Under the pieces are notes generated by a model. That model searched no databases. It was not told the DNA's origin and worked only from the letters and a program-made list of their open reading frames with translations. A program made the position numbers and the translations under genes. DNA of 64,000 bases from Eledone cirrhosa (Eukaryota): assembly GCA_964016885.1 (NCBI GenBank), contig OZ024740.1, positions 363,258,001-363,322,000 of the forward strand, written 5' to 3'. Shown in pieces: positions 46,385 to 60,600 of the stretch (positions within the stretch are counted from its first letter, which is position 1; every line of letters begins with the position of its first letter).

Positions 46385-46959
46385 TGAAAACATGGAGAAA
46401 GAGACGATTATGAGGAAGAAAAATATTTTTTTTTCCTTTTTTGTTTCTCTCTCTCTCTTTTTTCTGGGTTATTTGCCTCCTTCACGGAACCATGGTTCAA
46501 CTAAGCACTCTTGCGATATTAACACATTTTGAACTGCTTAACTTCAATGACTGTGCTTGTAAATAACATTATCTTTTCTTCCACATTGACTTTTTACGTT
46601 CCACATTATGCACGTTTTTTTTTTCCTTTTTCTTTATTTTTTCACTTCTTAAACCTTGTTTGTATATAACATTATTCTTTCTGCACCTTCTGTTTAACAT
46701 GTACGACACCACACTAATACATTTCACTATCATTTGATAATGCATATAAATGGTGGAACTGGTAATAGACAATAATTAAATATATAAATAGATAAATAAA
46801 TGCCATTGTTAAATAATAAATAAATCAACTAATACCTTAACACTTCACACAAAGTAAAACATTTCGTTTTAATCATTTTCTAACCCAGAAAAAGAGAGAG
46901 AGAGAAACAAAAAAGGAAAAAAAAATGTTTCTTCCTCATAATCGTCTCTTTCTCCCTGT

Positions 46960-46964
<5 letters not shown>
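46385..46964. mobile_element. 580-bp non-coding element with ~85-bp terminal inverted repeats, inserted in (TA)n
   Basis: 46385-46471 inverted at 46881-46964; MITE or PLE fold-back not resolved. Confidence 0.75.
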
Positions 46965-46994
<30 letters not shown>

Positions 46995-47550
46995 CTCACC
47001 TAAATCCGAATTATCACATGAAAAGAATTTTTTTTAATTCTTTAATTTCTAATTGTTAATTTCTTAATTGTTTAATTTATAATTTCTGATATTTGATTTA
47101 GGATTTTAATTTTTATTTCCAAATCTCACTCTTAACTTCCAACGTAAAACCATGATACCTAGAATTAAGTTTATTTTCCCTTATAAGGTGATGGTCAGTC
47201 GTACCGTCAACGCTTAGTGAGGGGTAGTATTATGACCTGTAAAAACTAACACTCTCCCATCCCCTCTGGCTCTCGGCTGACTGCCGCAGCCGTGATGGGT
47301 AGCAGTAAAATATGGTACAGGCATTGGTGGGCCATTGTTTTGGCTGAGAGGGTGAACTGACTAAGCGAATTTCGTTGAAATCTGCGGTGGCTAATGGTCA
47401 ACTTCCTTCGGACATGCGCTTGCGCAGGCCGGTGTGGGTGAATTGGTACTCACAAGGGAGCGGATGAAAAACCCCAAAACACGCAATTCATCCGTTCCCA
47501 TGTCGATCCAATTTGGATTGCCTCGGAGACATAACCTTATTATGTAACAA

Positions 47551-47622
47551 GCTGTCTGATGATGACACGACACTCGCACACAGAACAGTGTGGCCAGTGT
47601 CGTCACTGAAATATATCACAGC
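47551..47622 (+). ncRNA. Type I hammerhead motif with extended stem II in an orphan fragment (~46993-47672)
   Basis: GCTGT-CTGATGA-TGACACGACACT..CACAC/GTGTG..AGTGTCGTCACT-GAAA-TAT-ATC-ACAGC; stem III palindrome ATATAT; 50 nt upstream of (TA)n; stem II base imperfect. Confidence 0.72.
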
Positions 47623-47669
47623 ATTATTATTAAAGGACTTGAACATCTGAAACTACTTCGCTTTTCCTT

Positions 47670-47711
<42 letters not shown>

Positions 47712-47774
47712 CATATGCATGTGCGTTTAAGATTGTAAATAAGGAAGGGGTGTCGTATTTGTGTAAAAATATTT

Positions 47775-50700
47775 TTTGAAAAAAGAATTTCAACATGGAT
47801 AACACAAGAACTAGAGAGAGCGCTGTCAGACAACACCGAGAGAGGGAGACTTTATCAGCATGTTAACAAGACAGCGTTCCGGCGGAGGTAAATATAAACG
47901 AAAATATTACAAAGGAAAAGAGGATTGTTACAGATTTAAAATTACCAAATATTTCTAACACAAACAACACCAACAACAACACCGTCAATAACAACAGCAA
48001 CAACAAAAATAACAGCGGTAAAGTCGAGAACGACAATAACAATGACAATAATAACAGCCACAACAACAATAATAATAGGAACAGTATCAACAAAAACAAC
48101 AATAATAACAACAGCCACAATGACAGTAACAACAGCAACAGTATCAACGAAAACAACAACAACAACACCAACAACTGTACCAACGAAAACATCAACAATG
48201 ACGTCGATACATGTAACAGCGATCTCAGCATCACCAGTAAGACCAGTAGTGGCAGTAATAGTGGTGCTGGTGAAAAAGGGACCACTTCTTTTGCAGGTGT
48301 CGCCCGAAATATCGAGACAGTGTTAGTCACAGAGGAGGAGATGGCAGTCGCAAGGGCCATGGTGAAAAGAAGCGCCAATAGAGTCTCCCTGAAATCTCCA
48401 CCCGATTTTTTCAAGGACCAGCAGCTACGGACGGTGACTTACAGCACCGTAAGCAAAATCTCACATCGGGTGGAGAGAGCCACGGAGTCTCAAATCCAAA
48501 AGGCCTTGGGGTGCGTCTGGGCACGCAAAACCCACATCACCCAAGGCAGAAAGTACGCCATAGAAGACGTACTTTTCGCTACTCCCCAGGAAGCAAAGTC
48601 TCACTCTTTGGAAACCCTAAAGAGTGAGGAGATAGTCTTGGTGCCCTCCGACTGCGGTCAGAAAATTGTGAGGGTCAAATTGACTCAGGTCCCACCCGAC
48701 GTGCCCATACCGTGGCTGGCCGCGTCTGTCCTTGCTGGAATCGAGGACAGGACGACCATGCTGCAAGTAGAGAAAATAGGGAGAGAGAACTGGTCAGGTA
48801 TAGGCATGCAAATGCTTATACAAACTGACCAGGAATGTATCGACGCTATCCCCGATATCATAGACATCGAGGAAGGACTCCAACTCCCTATAAGCGTAGA
48901 AGGAAGACGGCCAAAATGTTATCTCTGTCGGTCGAAGGGTCACCTCAGGGCATTTTCCCGCAGAAGACAGCGAAGAAGAAGGCTCCTCTCCAATACCTGG
49001 TCCGATGCTACCAAGAGCAGGGCAGGCAACAAACGCAGAAGCGATGAGTAGGAGGGCAACGTCCGTCGCAACCGTACCAAGGCCACGGACAACTAAAGCA
49101 GCAGCATCAGTGGCGGCAACACCAATAGCTACATTTGAAGTAGCTACACCAGCAACAAAATTGCCGAAGAGGGCTCCACTACCACCACCAACAGCCGTGG
49201 AACACATACTCCTCCCAGACGCCACGGAATCCGACATGGAGTTTAGGGCGGGAGTGAAGTGGCAAACGGTCTGCCACAAAAAAAGAAAAAAGAAAAAAAA
49301 ACCCTCAGATTTACCCTCCAAAAGCGAAGGCATACAAAGAGGGGTAAAGGCAGCAAGGAAACTTGCAGCAACACCACCACCATCACCACCACAAGCACCA
49401 CCACCAACAACAACCACACCACCACCAGCATCACCAAAAACACTAACAACGCAAACAAAACAAAACACACACACCAAACAGCAACAAGAAGAAAACAGCA
49501 ACAAAATCACCCCTCACCCCAAAAAATAAACATGGCAAAAAAAGAACTCATACAATATATAAAGCAGCACACAGACATCACAGAAAAAAACTACTACACC
49601 CCACCAACACGAAGAACTCTCCCGACAAACATAAGCATCATTGAAATCTCAATAGAACAGTACAAAACTTTAAAACAAAAATTCCCCAACGCAGTTGGAA
49701 ACTTCAGAGGGTCGGTTACCAAGAGTATATACACTGACATCCTCTTGGAAACACCCATTACCAGCCAAAGGGACGGTTCTACTGTCCCTTCACCACACGA
49801 TCAAGGTAAGTGACCCTTTCTCACTTGCCCCGTTTCTCGTCCAACATGGCCGTACTCAGAATAGGCAGTATAAATGCACGTGGCCTGGGTCATCTTGGAA
49901 GCAGGGTCACCTGCTCAACGACCTCAGGTCACTAAACATAGATGTGGTGGCCATCAGTGAGACCAGAATCTCTGAAGCACAAGCCTTCGCACCGATCTTC
50001 GGCGGCTACGATGTATACACATCTCCCAGGCGTCCAGGATCGGGGGGAGGGGTTGCCGTCCTTTTTCGGAGGAGCTTGGATCTCGCCATACGAGCCACCT
50101 TCCTAGACCCAGAGGGTAAGTCGGTGGTGCTGGACGTGACCGGCAGCGAAGGCAATGCTTTCAGGCTGGTAGCCGTCTACGCCCCAACAGGGGCAGGACA
50201 GCCAGATTTCTTCAGACGTCTAGAGACCTTTCTTGGAACGTCCCGCTCTTTAGTGTTAGTGGGCGACTGGAACGGTATCGTGGATGCACGCTGGGACTGT
50301 GTGTGGCTAGTGGATAGAAGAGGAGGGTGCAAGAGCCTCACCAACCTGTTCAGACGTTTTGAACTGTCTGACAGGTATCGACTGGATCACCCGAATGTGC
50401 CAATGTGGACATGGACAAACCGCATGGGCTCATCCAGATCGTATCTCGATAGGGTATTCTGCAGAGAACTAGATAAGGCTAGTATAAGTTGTCCACAATT
50501 TAAAATAGTCGACTACAGAGACCACAAATTTGTGATCTGTGAGATCGACATAGACAGACTTCATAGACAAAGGCCCGGTTACTGGAAGCTGAACGTGTCT
50601 TTCCCGGCGCGCAAAGCCTACAGAGATCGGCTTAGGGTATTAGTTAAGCGGGCGTTGACGTGAGCGGTCGTCAAAAACAGGTGGTGGTTCGCCCTGAAAG

Positions 50701-52563
50701 GGCAATTAAAGTAGAGTCGATTAGGTTCAGCAAAGGACTAGTGATAGAGGAAAATAGAGTAGAGGGAGAGCTAGTCAGAAAACTAGAAGAGGCGTTTAGG
50801 ACAGGAATCGCAACCGACGTGCTTGCGGCGAGATTGGCACTCGACCAATTCTTCAACGCAAAACACGGAGGCTGCATTGTCAGAGCTAGAGCGCTTGCTC
50901 CGAAACAGGAGGGGACAAAAGCCGTCCAATGGGCCCGGGTGGCAGAGGCGCGACGTGGCAACAAAGCCACAATTCGGTCTTTGTCTGACCAAAACGGGTG
51001 CGTGTTGCTCGAACCCGAGCAGATGTGTGAAGCTTTTCAGCAGCACTTTGCTGAACTGTTCGGGAGGTGCATGCCTCGACGGACTGTCTCGGCTCTCAAC
51101 GACCGCAGCACAGTGTTGCGAAAAGCCAATAACAGCCGATGAAATACGGGAAGCCATGCCTAACTGCACGAGGGGTAAATCGCCAAGTTTGGATGGTCTG
51201 CCCTACGAGCTTTATACATTTATGCCAGACTTGTTCGGTGACCTCTTGGCAGACGTTTATTGCAACTGGCAGCAGAACGGGAGCATTCCCAGTTTTGTGA
51301 GCCGGGGAGCGGTGGCGCTGCTGAGAAAAGACCCAAACAAGGGGGGTGTTATCGATAATTTCAGGCCTATAACTCTGCTAAACGCAGAGTTCAAAATTTT
51401 GGCCAAGGTGTTAGCAACGAGGTTGGCGCTTGTCGTCAAGGGTCTGGTGGAAGTGGCGCAGACATGCGCCATTCAGGACAGATCCATACACGACAACCTC
51501 CACCTCATGCGATACATCATAGAGAGGTGGTTAAGGAACCTGGCACGGGTGGGGCCCTGATCAACTTGGATCAATCAAAAGCATTCGATAGGGTCGACCA
51601 TCGGTACCTGGCGGCGGTCCTCGGGGCAGCCAGTTTCGGGCCCGTTTTCAGGGGTTGGATCGCTGCGATGTACAGCAACATCTGCTCAGTTGTGATGGTG
51701 AACGGTCACCTGTCGCAGCCGTTCAGCATCATGCGCTCAGTCTGCCAGGGTTGTGCCCCTCTCGTCCCTCTTGTACGTATTGGCTCTCGAGCCGTTACTG
51801 CACAAACTGGGGGCGATGAGGGGCGTCCCACGCGAACTAGGATGCGGGAAATCCGTGTTGGCTTACGCCGACGACGTCACCTTGGTGGTGTCGAGCACCA
51901 GACACGTCCAGATGCTCAGCACCGCTCTCAAAGAATACGAAGCGGTGACAGGAGCAAAGATAAACCAGGAAAAGTCGGTGGGCTTGCAGCTCGGCACCTG
52001 GAGAGGCAAGTCCATGCCGTCCGACAGCGTCGTGGAGTGTTAACTGGTCCGTCCAACGACACGACGCTGTTGGACAGACCGGTTAAATTGCTCGGAGTCT
52101 GATTCGGACCGGACATCCAGATGGAGAAAAACTGGAACGAGGTGACGAGCAAGGTGGCCTCCCTCACCCAGAAATGGGCCGAGAGGAAGCTGTCCCTGAA
52201 AGGTCGGGCGGAGGTGGCGAATGCGTACATCGCCTCCGTCATCTGCTACCGCCTCACCATCGTCCCTTGCACCGACCCAACTCTCACCAAAAAAGACCGA
52301 GGGATAGAGCTTGGAAACTGGAATGTCTCCAGGCGCTCAATGTCCTACGCCAGCTGGGCACCAGTATCGGTGGAACATCCACCTCGGCGTTCTATAGAGG
52401 ACTAGTGGAGGGGAAGAGCGACGACGTTCTCGGAGAGATCCTGGGCGTCGAAGAAGATCAACTGTTTGCTCTCTTCCGGAGAACTTTCAGCCCAGGGCCT
52501 ATGGATAACTTCCAAAAATCCCTGGCCTGGCAGTGCTACCGGGGAGCGCTGCCGGTTCGAGCT
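47775..52563 (+). mobile_element. Tx1/L1-clade LINE, degenerate, 3'-truncated
   Basis: ORF1 from ATG 47795 (early in-frame TAA, Asn-rich, knuckle CYLCRSKGH); ORF2 APE (ISET, VYAP, GDWN, SYLDR, DHK), YWKLN, SPSLDGLPYE, NFRPITLLN, DQSKAFDRVDH, QG.PLS, YADD; ends at YRGALPVR. Confidence 0.92.
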
Positions 52564-53248
52564 AAGGAAGGTGTTTGAGTCTACCGAGTTCTCCAATAAG
52601 CTCAATAGGATTGAGAGAACAGCATGGAACTGTTTCAAAGCAGTTGTTAATGGCTTCCTGGGCAACTACAGAGTTGAAAACTACCAGCAACTGGTGCAGG
52701 ATCTGATAAAGGCTTTTGGCACCATGGGATGCAGGATGTCGCTTAAACTCCATATGCTGGACGCTCACCTGGAAAAATTCAAGGACAATATGAGCGCCTA
52801 CTCAGAAGAACAAGGCGAACGATTCCACCAAGATGTGAAAGAGATAGAGCGGAAGTACCAGGGCCACTACAATGAAAAAATGATGGGGGACTATATCTGG
52901 GGGCTAGTGCGGGAATGCGACCTGGACTACAACCGCAAATCCAGGAAATCCAGTCATTTCTGACGTGTATAAGTTGCTTTATAAGTGTTATTTGTTTTTA
53001 CTTGTTTTCTTTTGATAAGCTTGTGTAATAAAATAAATATATACTCTGTTGATTTAATTATATGGACTGATAAATTTTAAAAAAATGTGTTTTTCCTTGA
53101 AAAATATGAAAATTTCGAAATATCAAACTTCTGACCACAAACTCAAACTTCTGATTAAATAATAGTGTTTTTTTTTAAATAATAATGGGATATAACAAAC
53201 CAGTAAATGACACTTAGAACCGGGGAACAAAACATAAGTTACGCAATG
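52564..53248 (+). mobile_element. DNA transposon 3' fragment, Chapaev3-like transposase C-terminus (to 52963) plus probable terminus
   Basis: AW..FK.VV.GFLGN, MGCRMSLKLH.L.AHL..F..N..AYSEEQGERFHQD...IERKYQG....MMGDY.W; end GTTACGCAATG|TTA; family name from recall. Confidence 0.7.
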
Positions 53249-53629
53249 TTATTTATTTAAAGTGGTGAAGGCTTGTGTATGACATGCAGCATGTTTTAAA
53301 TCTGCTAATTGCAATGATACCTTCGAACAACAGTCCTCATATATTATTGTCACAGAGTTTCACCATTTCAGTATGCATATGCATACGTACACACAGTTAG
53401 CTGGTCGTTAATTCTTATGAATTATTTCGCTTTTTGGTGGCTATAGGTTTTTATCCCGCAGGGTGTCCAAATATCACACTCTTCACAGAGCAGACTTTTA
53501 AGGGTTGCTGATTTAGTTGTCGACGACCTGATCATACAATACATTGTACTGGATTGCATATTATCAATAGCGCTCGAGAGCAACTTAATGCAACATATAT
53601 ACATACATACAGACAGACAGACACATGTT

Positions 53630-55080
53630 ATTTGCTACTTCTTGCACTCGGAAAAGTGCCGCCCATTCATTGAACATTGCACGATTATGTGCCCCGAGGT
53701 GACTTTCCGAACCCGCTTTTGTTTTGCTGGCACGTTCACAGATGACAATTAAACTGTCTGTTTTGGCTGGGGTGTTGTCTTTATGCATTCTGTCATGTCC
53801 AGCAAGTTCACCAGCTGATTTGCAAATTAATCCACACTCATTGCAACTGTCCTGTGTATAGCGTGGCGATATAACCATCTCACAAGTAGCTCACTTTCTC
53901 TCTGGCTCGTGTGACTTCAGATGGTAGACAAATCCAGCTCTTGATAGAAGAAATCGGCCACATACGTTGCACCTCAACTCATGCTGTACATTTGCAGGCA
54001 CTGCATTCGAGTCCCGCTTACGGAGTCAACATATCAAAGCAATATGCTCCACTCGATTTTTCTTAAAAGTATCATACCCATACATGGTGATCTTTCTCCA
54101 ATATGTACGGCTTTCAGCCAATGCCTCCCAGTCCTCCATATCAAGCTTCAGAACTTTAAGATTGTCTTTTATGACATCTCTAAACCACTTCATTGTTTTA
54201 TGCTGTGACCATTTTCCTCTGGTCGGCTATTTAGGCAGCCTTTCATCTTCCATTCTGACCACTTCACCAGCCCAACGCATCTGGTTCAAAATAAGCTTCT
54301 TCTCAATACTGGTGCTGCCCGCTTTCTCAAGTACAGCAGCATCAGGTGTGTAAGAAGACCACTTGATATTCAGGATACATTGCTGATAAAACTTTTCAAG
54401 CTGCCTAATGTAATGCGTGTAAATTGTCCACGTTTCGCATCCGTATAGCAGGACTGTAAGAACTCAGGCCTCGTACACAAAGAGCTTTGTGTTTCTCGTG
54501 ATACCATGATCAGACCATACTCGCTTCTCAAGCTTCCCGTTCACCACATCAAGTTTTTTCCTCTAACGAAAATATTTGGCGCCACATGCACTTTCCTAAT
54601 TGGTGAAGTATACATGGCCTTTGTCTTTTGTATGCTAATATTTAGCATGTATTAGAGAGGGTGTCCAATATCAACTGCATGTCCTCTACAATGAGTGCCA
54701 CAAAATCGGCATGAACTCTCCGAAAAGAGTACCAAATGTTTTGGAATTGGTGTTAAAACGTCATAGATTAAAAACTTTGCTAGAAGTTCTAAATCGCAAG
54801 TGTACACCGATTTCGAAGTTTTTGAAGGCATATGTCAGTAGCACAGTGAAGTAGATACAGAACAGAGTAGGTGCAGGTATGTCGCCCTGCTTGACATCGT
54901 TTCTCACTGAAATTGGCTCTGAAAGTGTTCCATTGAAGTTCACTTTTGCTATCATATTTTGATTGTTTTTTTAATATTCCAACAAATTCAGGTAGGCATA
55001 CAAGTTTCTCCAATATGACTGAAAATGCACTACGATTAACAGTATCGAAGGTCCACAATAATTTGGTACAGTAGCACTCA
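53630..55080 (-). mobile_element. Highly degenerate RTE (BovB-like) LINE 3' part
   Basis: FDTVNR, VKQG.IPAPTLF.IYF, RFRT..KVFNL, LLYGCETWT, C-terminal C2H2-like CNECG.ICKS...LAGH.R.H. Confidence 0.8.
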
Positions 55081-55585
55081 CTGCTCAATACGCTTCTCCA
55101 CAAGATGGCGGTATGCAAATGAGGCTAATCAGCCGATGTGTAAATTTGAGAATACTATGTATCGTCAGAAGCTCCAGTGGGTAGCAGAACGAGCAGAATA
55201 CACAACCTTGACATGGAGCAAGACATTCCGAAACAATTGTCAATTGTCGATTGTTTTCTCTCAGCTACCGCTAGAACAAAAGGATAACGTTGTCATCTAC
55301 CACGTGGTGTTTTATGGGGCTGTTTACTTGCAAACAAACCGAATATTAATAATATTGTGATATTATTATATTGTTATTATTCACTCATGAATACATTTAG
55401 TACATATTCTTATCTCAGTTCCAAACAAATAAATGTCGCCGATCTCGTATAAACCCGCAGAAACAGGTGTTTGGCAATCTCACACGGTTACTGAGATAAT
55501 ATGATCGCAGCTTAAGTTATTCATACTGAGATACTTGTTTGTTTATTATACATACACATACAGATTATTCCTTCATACACACCCC

Positions 55586-55638
<53 letters not shown>

Positions 55639-56139
55639 CATATACATACATATATACACACGTGTTTGTGTGTGCGTGCGTCTGATAACATTATGAAAGC
55701 GTGGCTAAATTGACGGAAGTAAAATAATTACGAAAATACTTATGTACCTTATGTAATACTATTGTTAGTGTAAATCATTCGAAATCTTGTTTATTGACTA
55801 TTGATTATTGGTTAACATGATTTGGTTTCTTTATTCCAGATAGCATTTCAGTGAACCCACGTGATATGTCAAAATACCAAGTCTCTCCTCCATTTTCCAT
55901 GTGGACATGTGGTCTATGTATTCTGATACTTGTCTACACATCCATAAGTTACGCGGATGCACGATACATACCAGGAAATAGACTGTAAGTAATTTTAACC
56001 TATTTCAACATACGTACGTACGTACGTATGTATGTATGTATGTATGTATGTATGTATGTATGTATGTATGTATGTATGTATGTATGTATGTATGTATGTA
56101 TGTACGTATGTATGTATGACCTGGGAGAGATGACCCCTT

Positions 56140-56560
56140 AGCCTTTGTCTGGGAGAGATGACCCCTTAGCCTTTGTCAAGGCAGAATTCTAGGAGAAGGA
56201 AAACTCTGATATAACACCTGCAACTCTGATGGTATCCAATGATGTTGACTTGTTCTTCTTTTTCGTAAATATCATCTTGGTTAAAAGAGTGGGACTGGCT
56301 TTGTGCAGTGCCTTTGCTCACTATAAAAGCTTCACGGCACAGGCATTGCTTTATATCTGGAGATCTCTCTGCACTTGTCGTCACATGATACCATGGGCCC
56401 AGCACTATGTGTCAATAATTGTCGCAAGTGTAGTGTTTGTACCAGAGTTTTCAAGTCGCTGGCTGGACTAAAAAGTCACACTCGTTCAGCGCATCGGTAT
56501 GGGTTCTCCTACATGGATATAAAGTAGTGGCCGTACTCGAAAACGAGTTGGCAGCCACCA
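56140..56560 (+). mobile_element. Diverged relative of the 23423/56900 retroposon between (TATG)n tracts
   Basis: Shared CCTAGCCTTTGTC..TTCTAGGAGAAGG, GATGTTGA..TTCTTCTTTT, AGAGTGGGA.TGGC; ends GGCAGCCACCA(TGTA)n. Confidence 0.65.
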
Positions 56561-56899
56561 TGTATGTATGTATGTATGTATGTATGTATGTATGTATGTA
56601 TGTATGTATGTATGTATGTATGTATGTTCTTCTGGTATTATAATATCACAAATTGTTGCCAATAGAGTGAGAGTCGGTTTCTAACATAGATACAAGACTC
56701 TCTCACTGGAATTTACACAACATCAACTAGGTAGATATGTCTGTATGTCTGCATGCATGCATGTGTGTGCAGGTATGCATGTTATTGTATGTGTGGATGT
56801 GGATGTTTTGGGGGTGTATGTGTGCATATGCTTTACGTATGTATGTATGTATGTATGTTATGTTGGGTCACTCTGATGTTCTACTGGTATATGTAACCC

Positions 56900-57091
56900 A
56901 TTACAACCTGTCGCATGACAACGGGTCGTCGGCGACTAAACCGGCAACCCCACCAAGTTTACTTGGTGGGGAAGGTGATTTTGGACACCCTGCAGGACAA
57001 AAGCCAAAACCTGGCAAAGAGCGGAAGAACTCATATGAGTCAACGGCCAATCAAAAGGGTGTAAATATGTATATACATGTATGCATGTGTG

Positions 57092-57146
<55 letters not shown>

Positions 57147-57523
57147 ATACATGTATGCATGTGTATGTATATGTGTAGGGACATAGAAATAATTGGGCTG
57201 GATACCCGACCGCGCGGTTAAACCACTGGGAGTGAAGGACCCCTAACCTCTGTCAGGGCATTCTACTAGAAGAAGGCAACTCAGGAAACTGGGATAACTC
57301 CGACATAAAACCTGCGACCCAGTACTTACCGATGATGTGATCTTTTCTTCTTTTCGGGTATAGCTACTGTCGCTCAGAGAGTGGGGTTGGCTCAGTGCAC
57401 AGTCTTTCTGCACTTTAAAAATAATCTTCACGCACAGGTATTGCACGATAGCATTAATTGATAATTATTAGTAATGTTATATAGTGCAATGGCCACACTC
57501 GATAACGAGGGGGCAGCCATCAT
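56900..57523 (+). mobile_element. Second copy of the non-autonomous RTE-like retroposon
   Basis: Colinear with 23423-24153; (TGTA)n tail. Confidence 0.75.
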
Positions 57524-57564
57524 GTATGTATGTATGTATGTATGTATGTGTGTGTGTGTGTGTG

Positions 57565-57873
57565 TGGTTTTGAGGTTTGGGTTTTCGGCTCACAATCGTA
57601 AGGTCGGGTCGTGAGTTCAATTCCCGGTGGCACGTTGTGTCATTGAGCAAGACTCTTATTTCACGCAGCTCCAGTCCACCGAGTTGTACCTATAATTCGA
57701 AGGGCCAGTCTTGTCACATTCTGTGCCATGCTGAATCTCCCTGAGAACTACGTTAAGGGTATGCGTGTCTGTGGAATGCTCAGCCACTTGCACATTAATT
57801 TCACGAGCAGGCTGTTCCGTTGATCGTATCAACAGGAACACTCATCGTCGTAACCGACGGAGTGCCAACAACA
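57565..57873 (+). mobile_element. tRNA-SINE, second family
   Basis: B box GAGTTCAATTCC, TTGTGTCATTGAGCAAGACTCTT, body shared with 2221-2506, CAACAACA tail. Confidence 0.78.
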
Positions 57874-58765
57874 TGTATGTATGTATGCTATTCGCTCTCT
57901 TAATTTTGAGTTTATTTTTGATCGGCCACCATCCCGGTGGCAAGGTTGTAAAAAATGAAGGAAATTATCTTTATTAAATTATCTTTATCTCATCTCTTGT
58001 GTGATTGTTCATACTTTGAATAGTAAGAATATTTTACAGATTTTTAAAGGTTCCAGATATTACAGCCATTTGTAGCTTATGAATTAAAGAGTTACATTCT
58101 TTCTCCACAAATCTAAGTTCAGTTACATTTTGGTCCAGGTGGGTTGGTATATATCCTGCAGCTCCAATAATAATAGGTATAAAGCTGAAAGTGTATCTTG
58201 CACATTGGATCGGCATCACCTCGTCAATGGTCCGTAGATATACTCCTTCTCTTGCATTTCTTTTACCACATTGGCACCATGTGAACAGGTGACATTTACA
58301 GAGCATATTTTTAATGTGTGGTCCCAATAAACAATATCAGGTGGGCTGAGCTTCAATCTGGTGGCAATTTTTATTTTTCGGTTCCACCAATATTCTTTTG
58401 TGTCATTAGTTTCACCATTTTCCCCCCTATTTGATTTGATTTTCACTTTTCGTAATGCATTCCAGTTCCTTCTTGCTATCCCATCATGCCTCATGGGGAG
58501 GTAGTCGCGAGAAGTCATTCTTTCACGGTTGGCAATAATGTGGCTAACATCTTTAATCTTTGATTTGCACAGCTTACATTTATTGTCAACTGATGACCTT
58601 CCTCTTTTCTGCAGTAGATACTTGGTGGAGATATATACATGTCAGGCTTCTAGTATGGATTGTACCCTCTATGGCCTGTGGTTTTCGTCTCAACTACCCA
58701 TGAACAACGTTCTCAGTGAACTGATCTTTTTTTTTATTTTGTCCGAGCATTAATTAGATTCTTCC

Positions 58766-58955
58766 AGGGCGGTGGATTGGTAGTATCGGTAGAGGGTCAG
58801 ACACCATGCTTTCCAGCATAGTTACGTCCCTTTACGATCTGAGTTCAAATCCCGCCGAGGTTGACTTTGCCTTTCATCCTTACGAGGTCGATAAAATAAA
58901 GTACCAGTAATGCACTGGGATAATTGATGGCCTTGTGCCAAAAGTAGAAACAATT
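58766..58955 (+). mobile_element. tRNA-derived SINE with TSD
   Basis: 13-bp TSD ATTAGATTCTTCC at 58753-58765 and 58957-58969. Confidence 0.92.
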
Positions 58956-59048
58956 CATTAGATTCTTCCCATATTCCTGAAAAAAATGGTTATTTCATGT
59001 CTCTCTTCTAGATGAGTGGTTACCTTAACAGTATTATTATTTTCATGC

Positions 59049-59236
59049 AGGGCGGTGGATTGGCAGTATCGGTAGAGGGTCGGACGCCATGCTTTGACAC
59101 ATAGAGTTACGGCCCTTGCCATTCTGAGTTCAAATCCCGCCGAATTTAACTTTGCCTTTCATCTTTACGGGGTCGATAAAATAAAGTACCAGTAATACAC
59201 TGGGTAATTGCTGTCCTTGAGCCAAAAGTAGAAACA
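59049..59236 (+). mobile_element. tRNA-derived SINE with TSD
   Basis: 16-bp TSD ATTATTATTTTCATGC at 59033-59048 and 59237-59252. Confidence 0.92.
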
Positions 59237-60039
59237 ATTATTATTTTCATGCTCATAAATCTAGATGGCTGTTGACCTTCTTCGTCTGATGAAGATTTTG
59301 TATCAGTGTTATTATGTGTGTTTCGTATGATATTAATATGGATTTTAGACGCTGGTCACCCTCCTTCTGTGAGAAATATAGCATATCCACATCCCCATTG
59401 ATGTTAAAATTTCCATTAACACTGAGCAGCTTGTGAGTCCTCACATCCATCTCGTTCAGTTCTTACAATCACCAACTCTGCAGACCAAATGTTGGTGTTA
59501 GGATGAGCACAGCAAAACTATTATGGGCAATGTGCTTGTTGTACGCTGAGAATTCTGATGACTATTCTCTTTATTGTCCTGGCGTACTCATTCCTGGTTC
59601 TTCCCTTATTCCTGGGTCCATCGTATCTGACATTATCATCCTGTCTAAAATACCTATAATTGTCACCTAACTGTAGATGTTATATCCTCAAAACATTCAT
59701 TTTCAGGTTTGCAGAGGAGGGCACAACTATTCCACACTTTATTATCAAAAATGTATATTTGGACTCAACAAATTTCATTCCAACGTCTGTAGAAAATTGG
59801 GTAATGCGGTCTCTAAACCAGAAACAAAGCTTTTATTTTAGAATTCAGACTACATCAACTAATTAATCATGTATCTCTCCCTGCATATGTGTATGTGTGC
59901 AGGTATGGATGTTATTGTATGTGTAGGTCTATGTTTTAAATTATATACGTGCACATATACATATCTTTCTATATCTACACGTGTATATCTGTAGATATTA
60001 CACGCTAAAATTCGGGAATGTTTTACATACTTTTGGATT

Positions 60040-60600
60040 TCCACTGTATTTATGATATCCTAATTAACCGTGCTTTCTAGTTTTGTGAAGCCCAACTTCT
60101 CAAGATTTTTCTGAGACAGTTAGTAACACATTCAAGTACCCCATTGATAAGAGGTGAAAATATAATGTTGTAGTCAGGGTTGAGTAACTGCAGGTTCCTC
60201 GTTAGTTCACCACAGATGTTCTCCTTTTCAATAATTTTAAAGACTAAATTGACTTGGGATGGCAGCTGATTTTCCTTGCCTCATGTCATTATGTCTTAGC
60301 TGTTATGTCTACGTCATACTGAAGTTTTGACAGAAACATTCTACCAGTACTGTTTCATATTATGTGTGAGTACGTCATCCACATCAATGTAAATTTTTAT
60401 ATTCGGGACCAATATTTCTATGGACTGCATTATATAGTGGTTTGGATAAAACATTATGTTTCAATAGGGAGATAGTTCTGTGATAACATTTTGCAGTTCG
60501 TGACATGTTGGTTGTTTATTCCACAGTCTCGGTTTGTTGTCACATCTTGGCATTTTACCTACATTTCTATCCTTTTTCTACATCAAGTATTTCGTTTGTT
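60040..60600 (-). mobile_element. Degenerate R4-like LINE endonuclease fragment
   Basis: Remnants such as ELTRNLQLLNPDYNIIFSPLINGVL; similar in layout to 57960-58560. Confidence 0.5.

Larger units (their letters stand above)
57960..59850 (-). mobile_element. Old degenerate R4-like LINE interrupted by two SINEs
   Basis: MDVRT.KLL...GNF..N.DVD.LY.S.KEG, YL.MRHD.IAR, EYWWN.KI...T.LK...PDIV.WD, FIPIIIGA.G. Confidence 0.78.
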
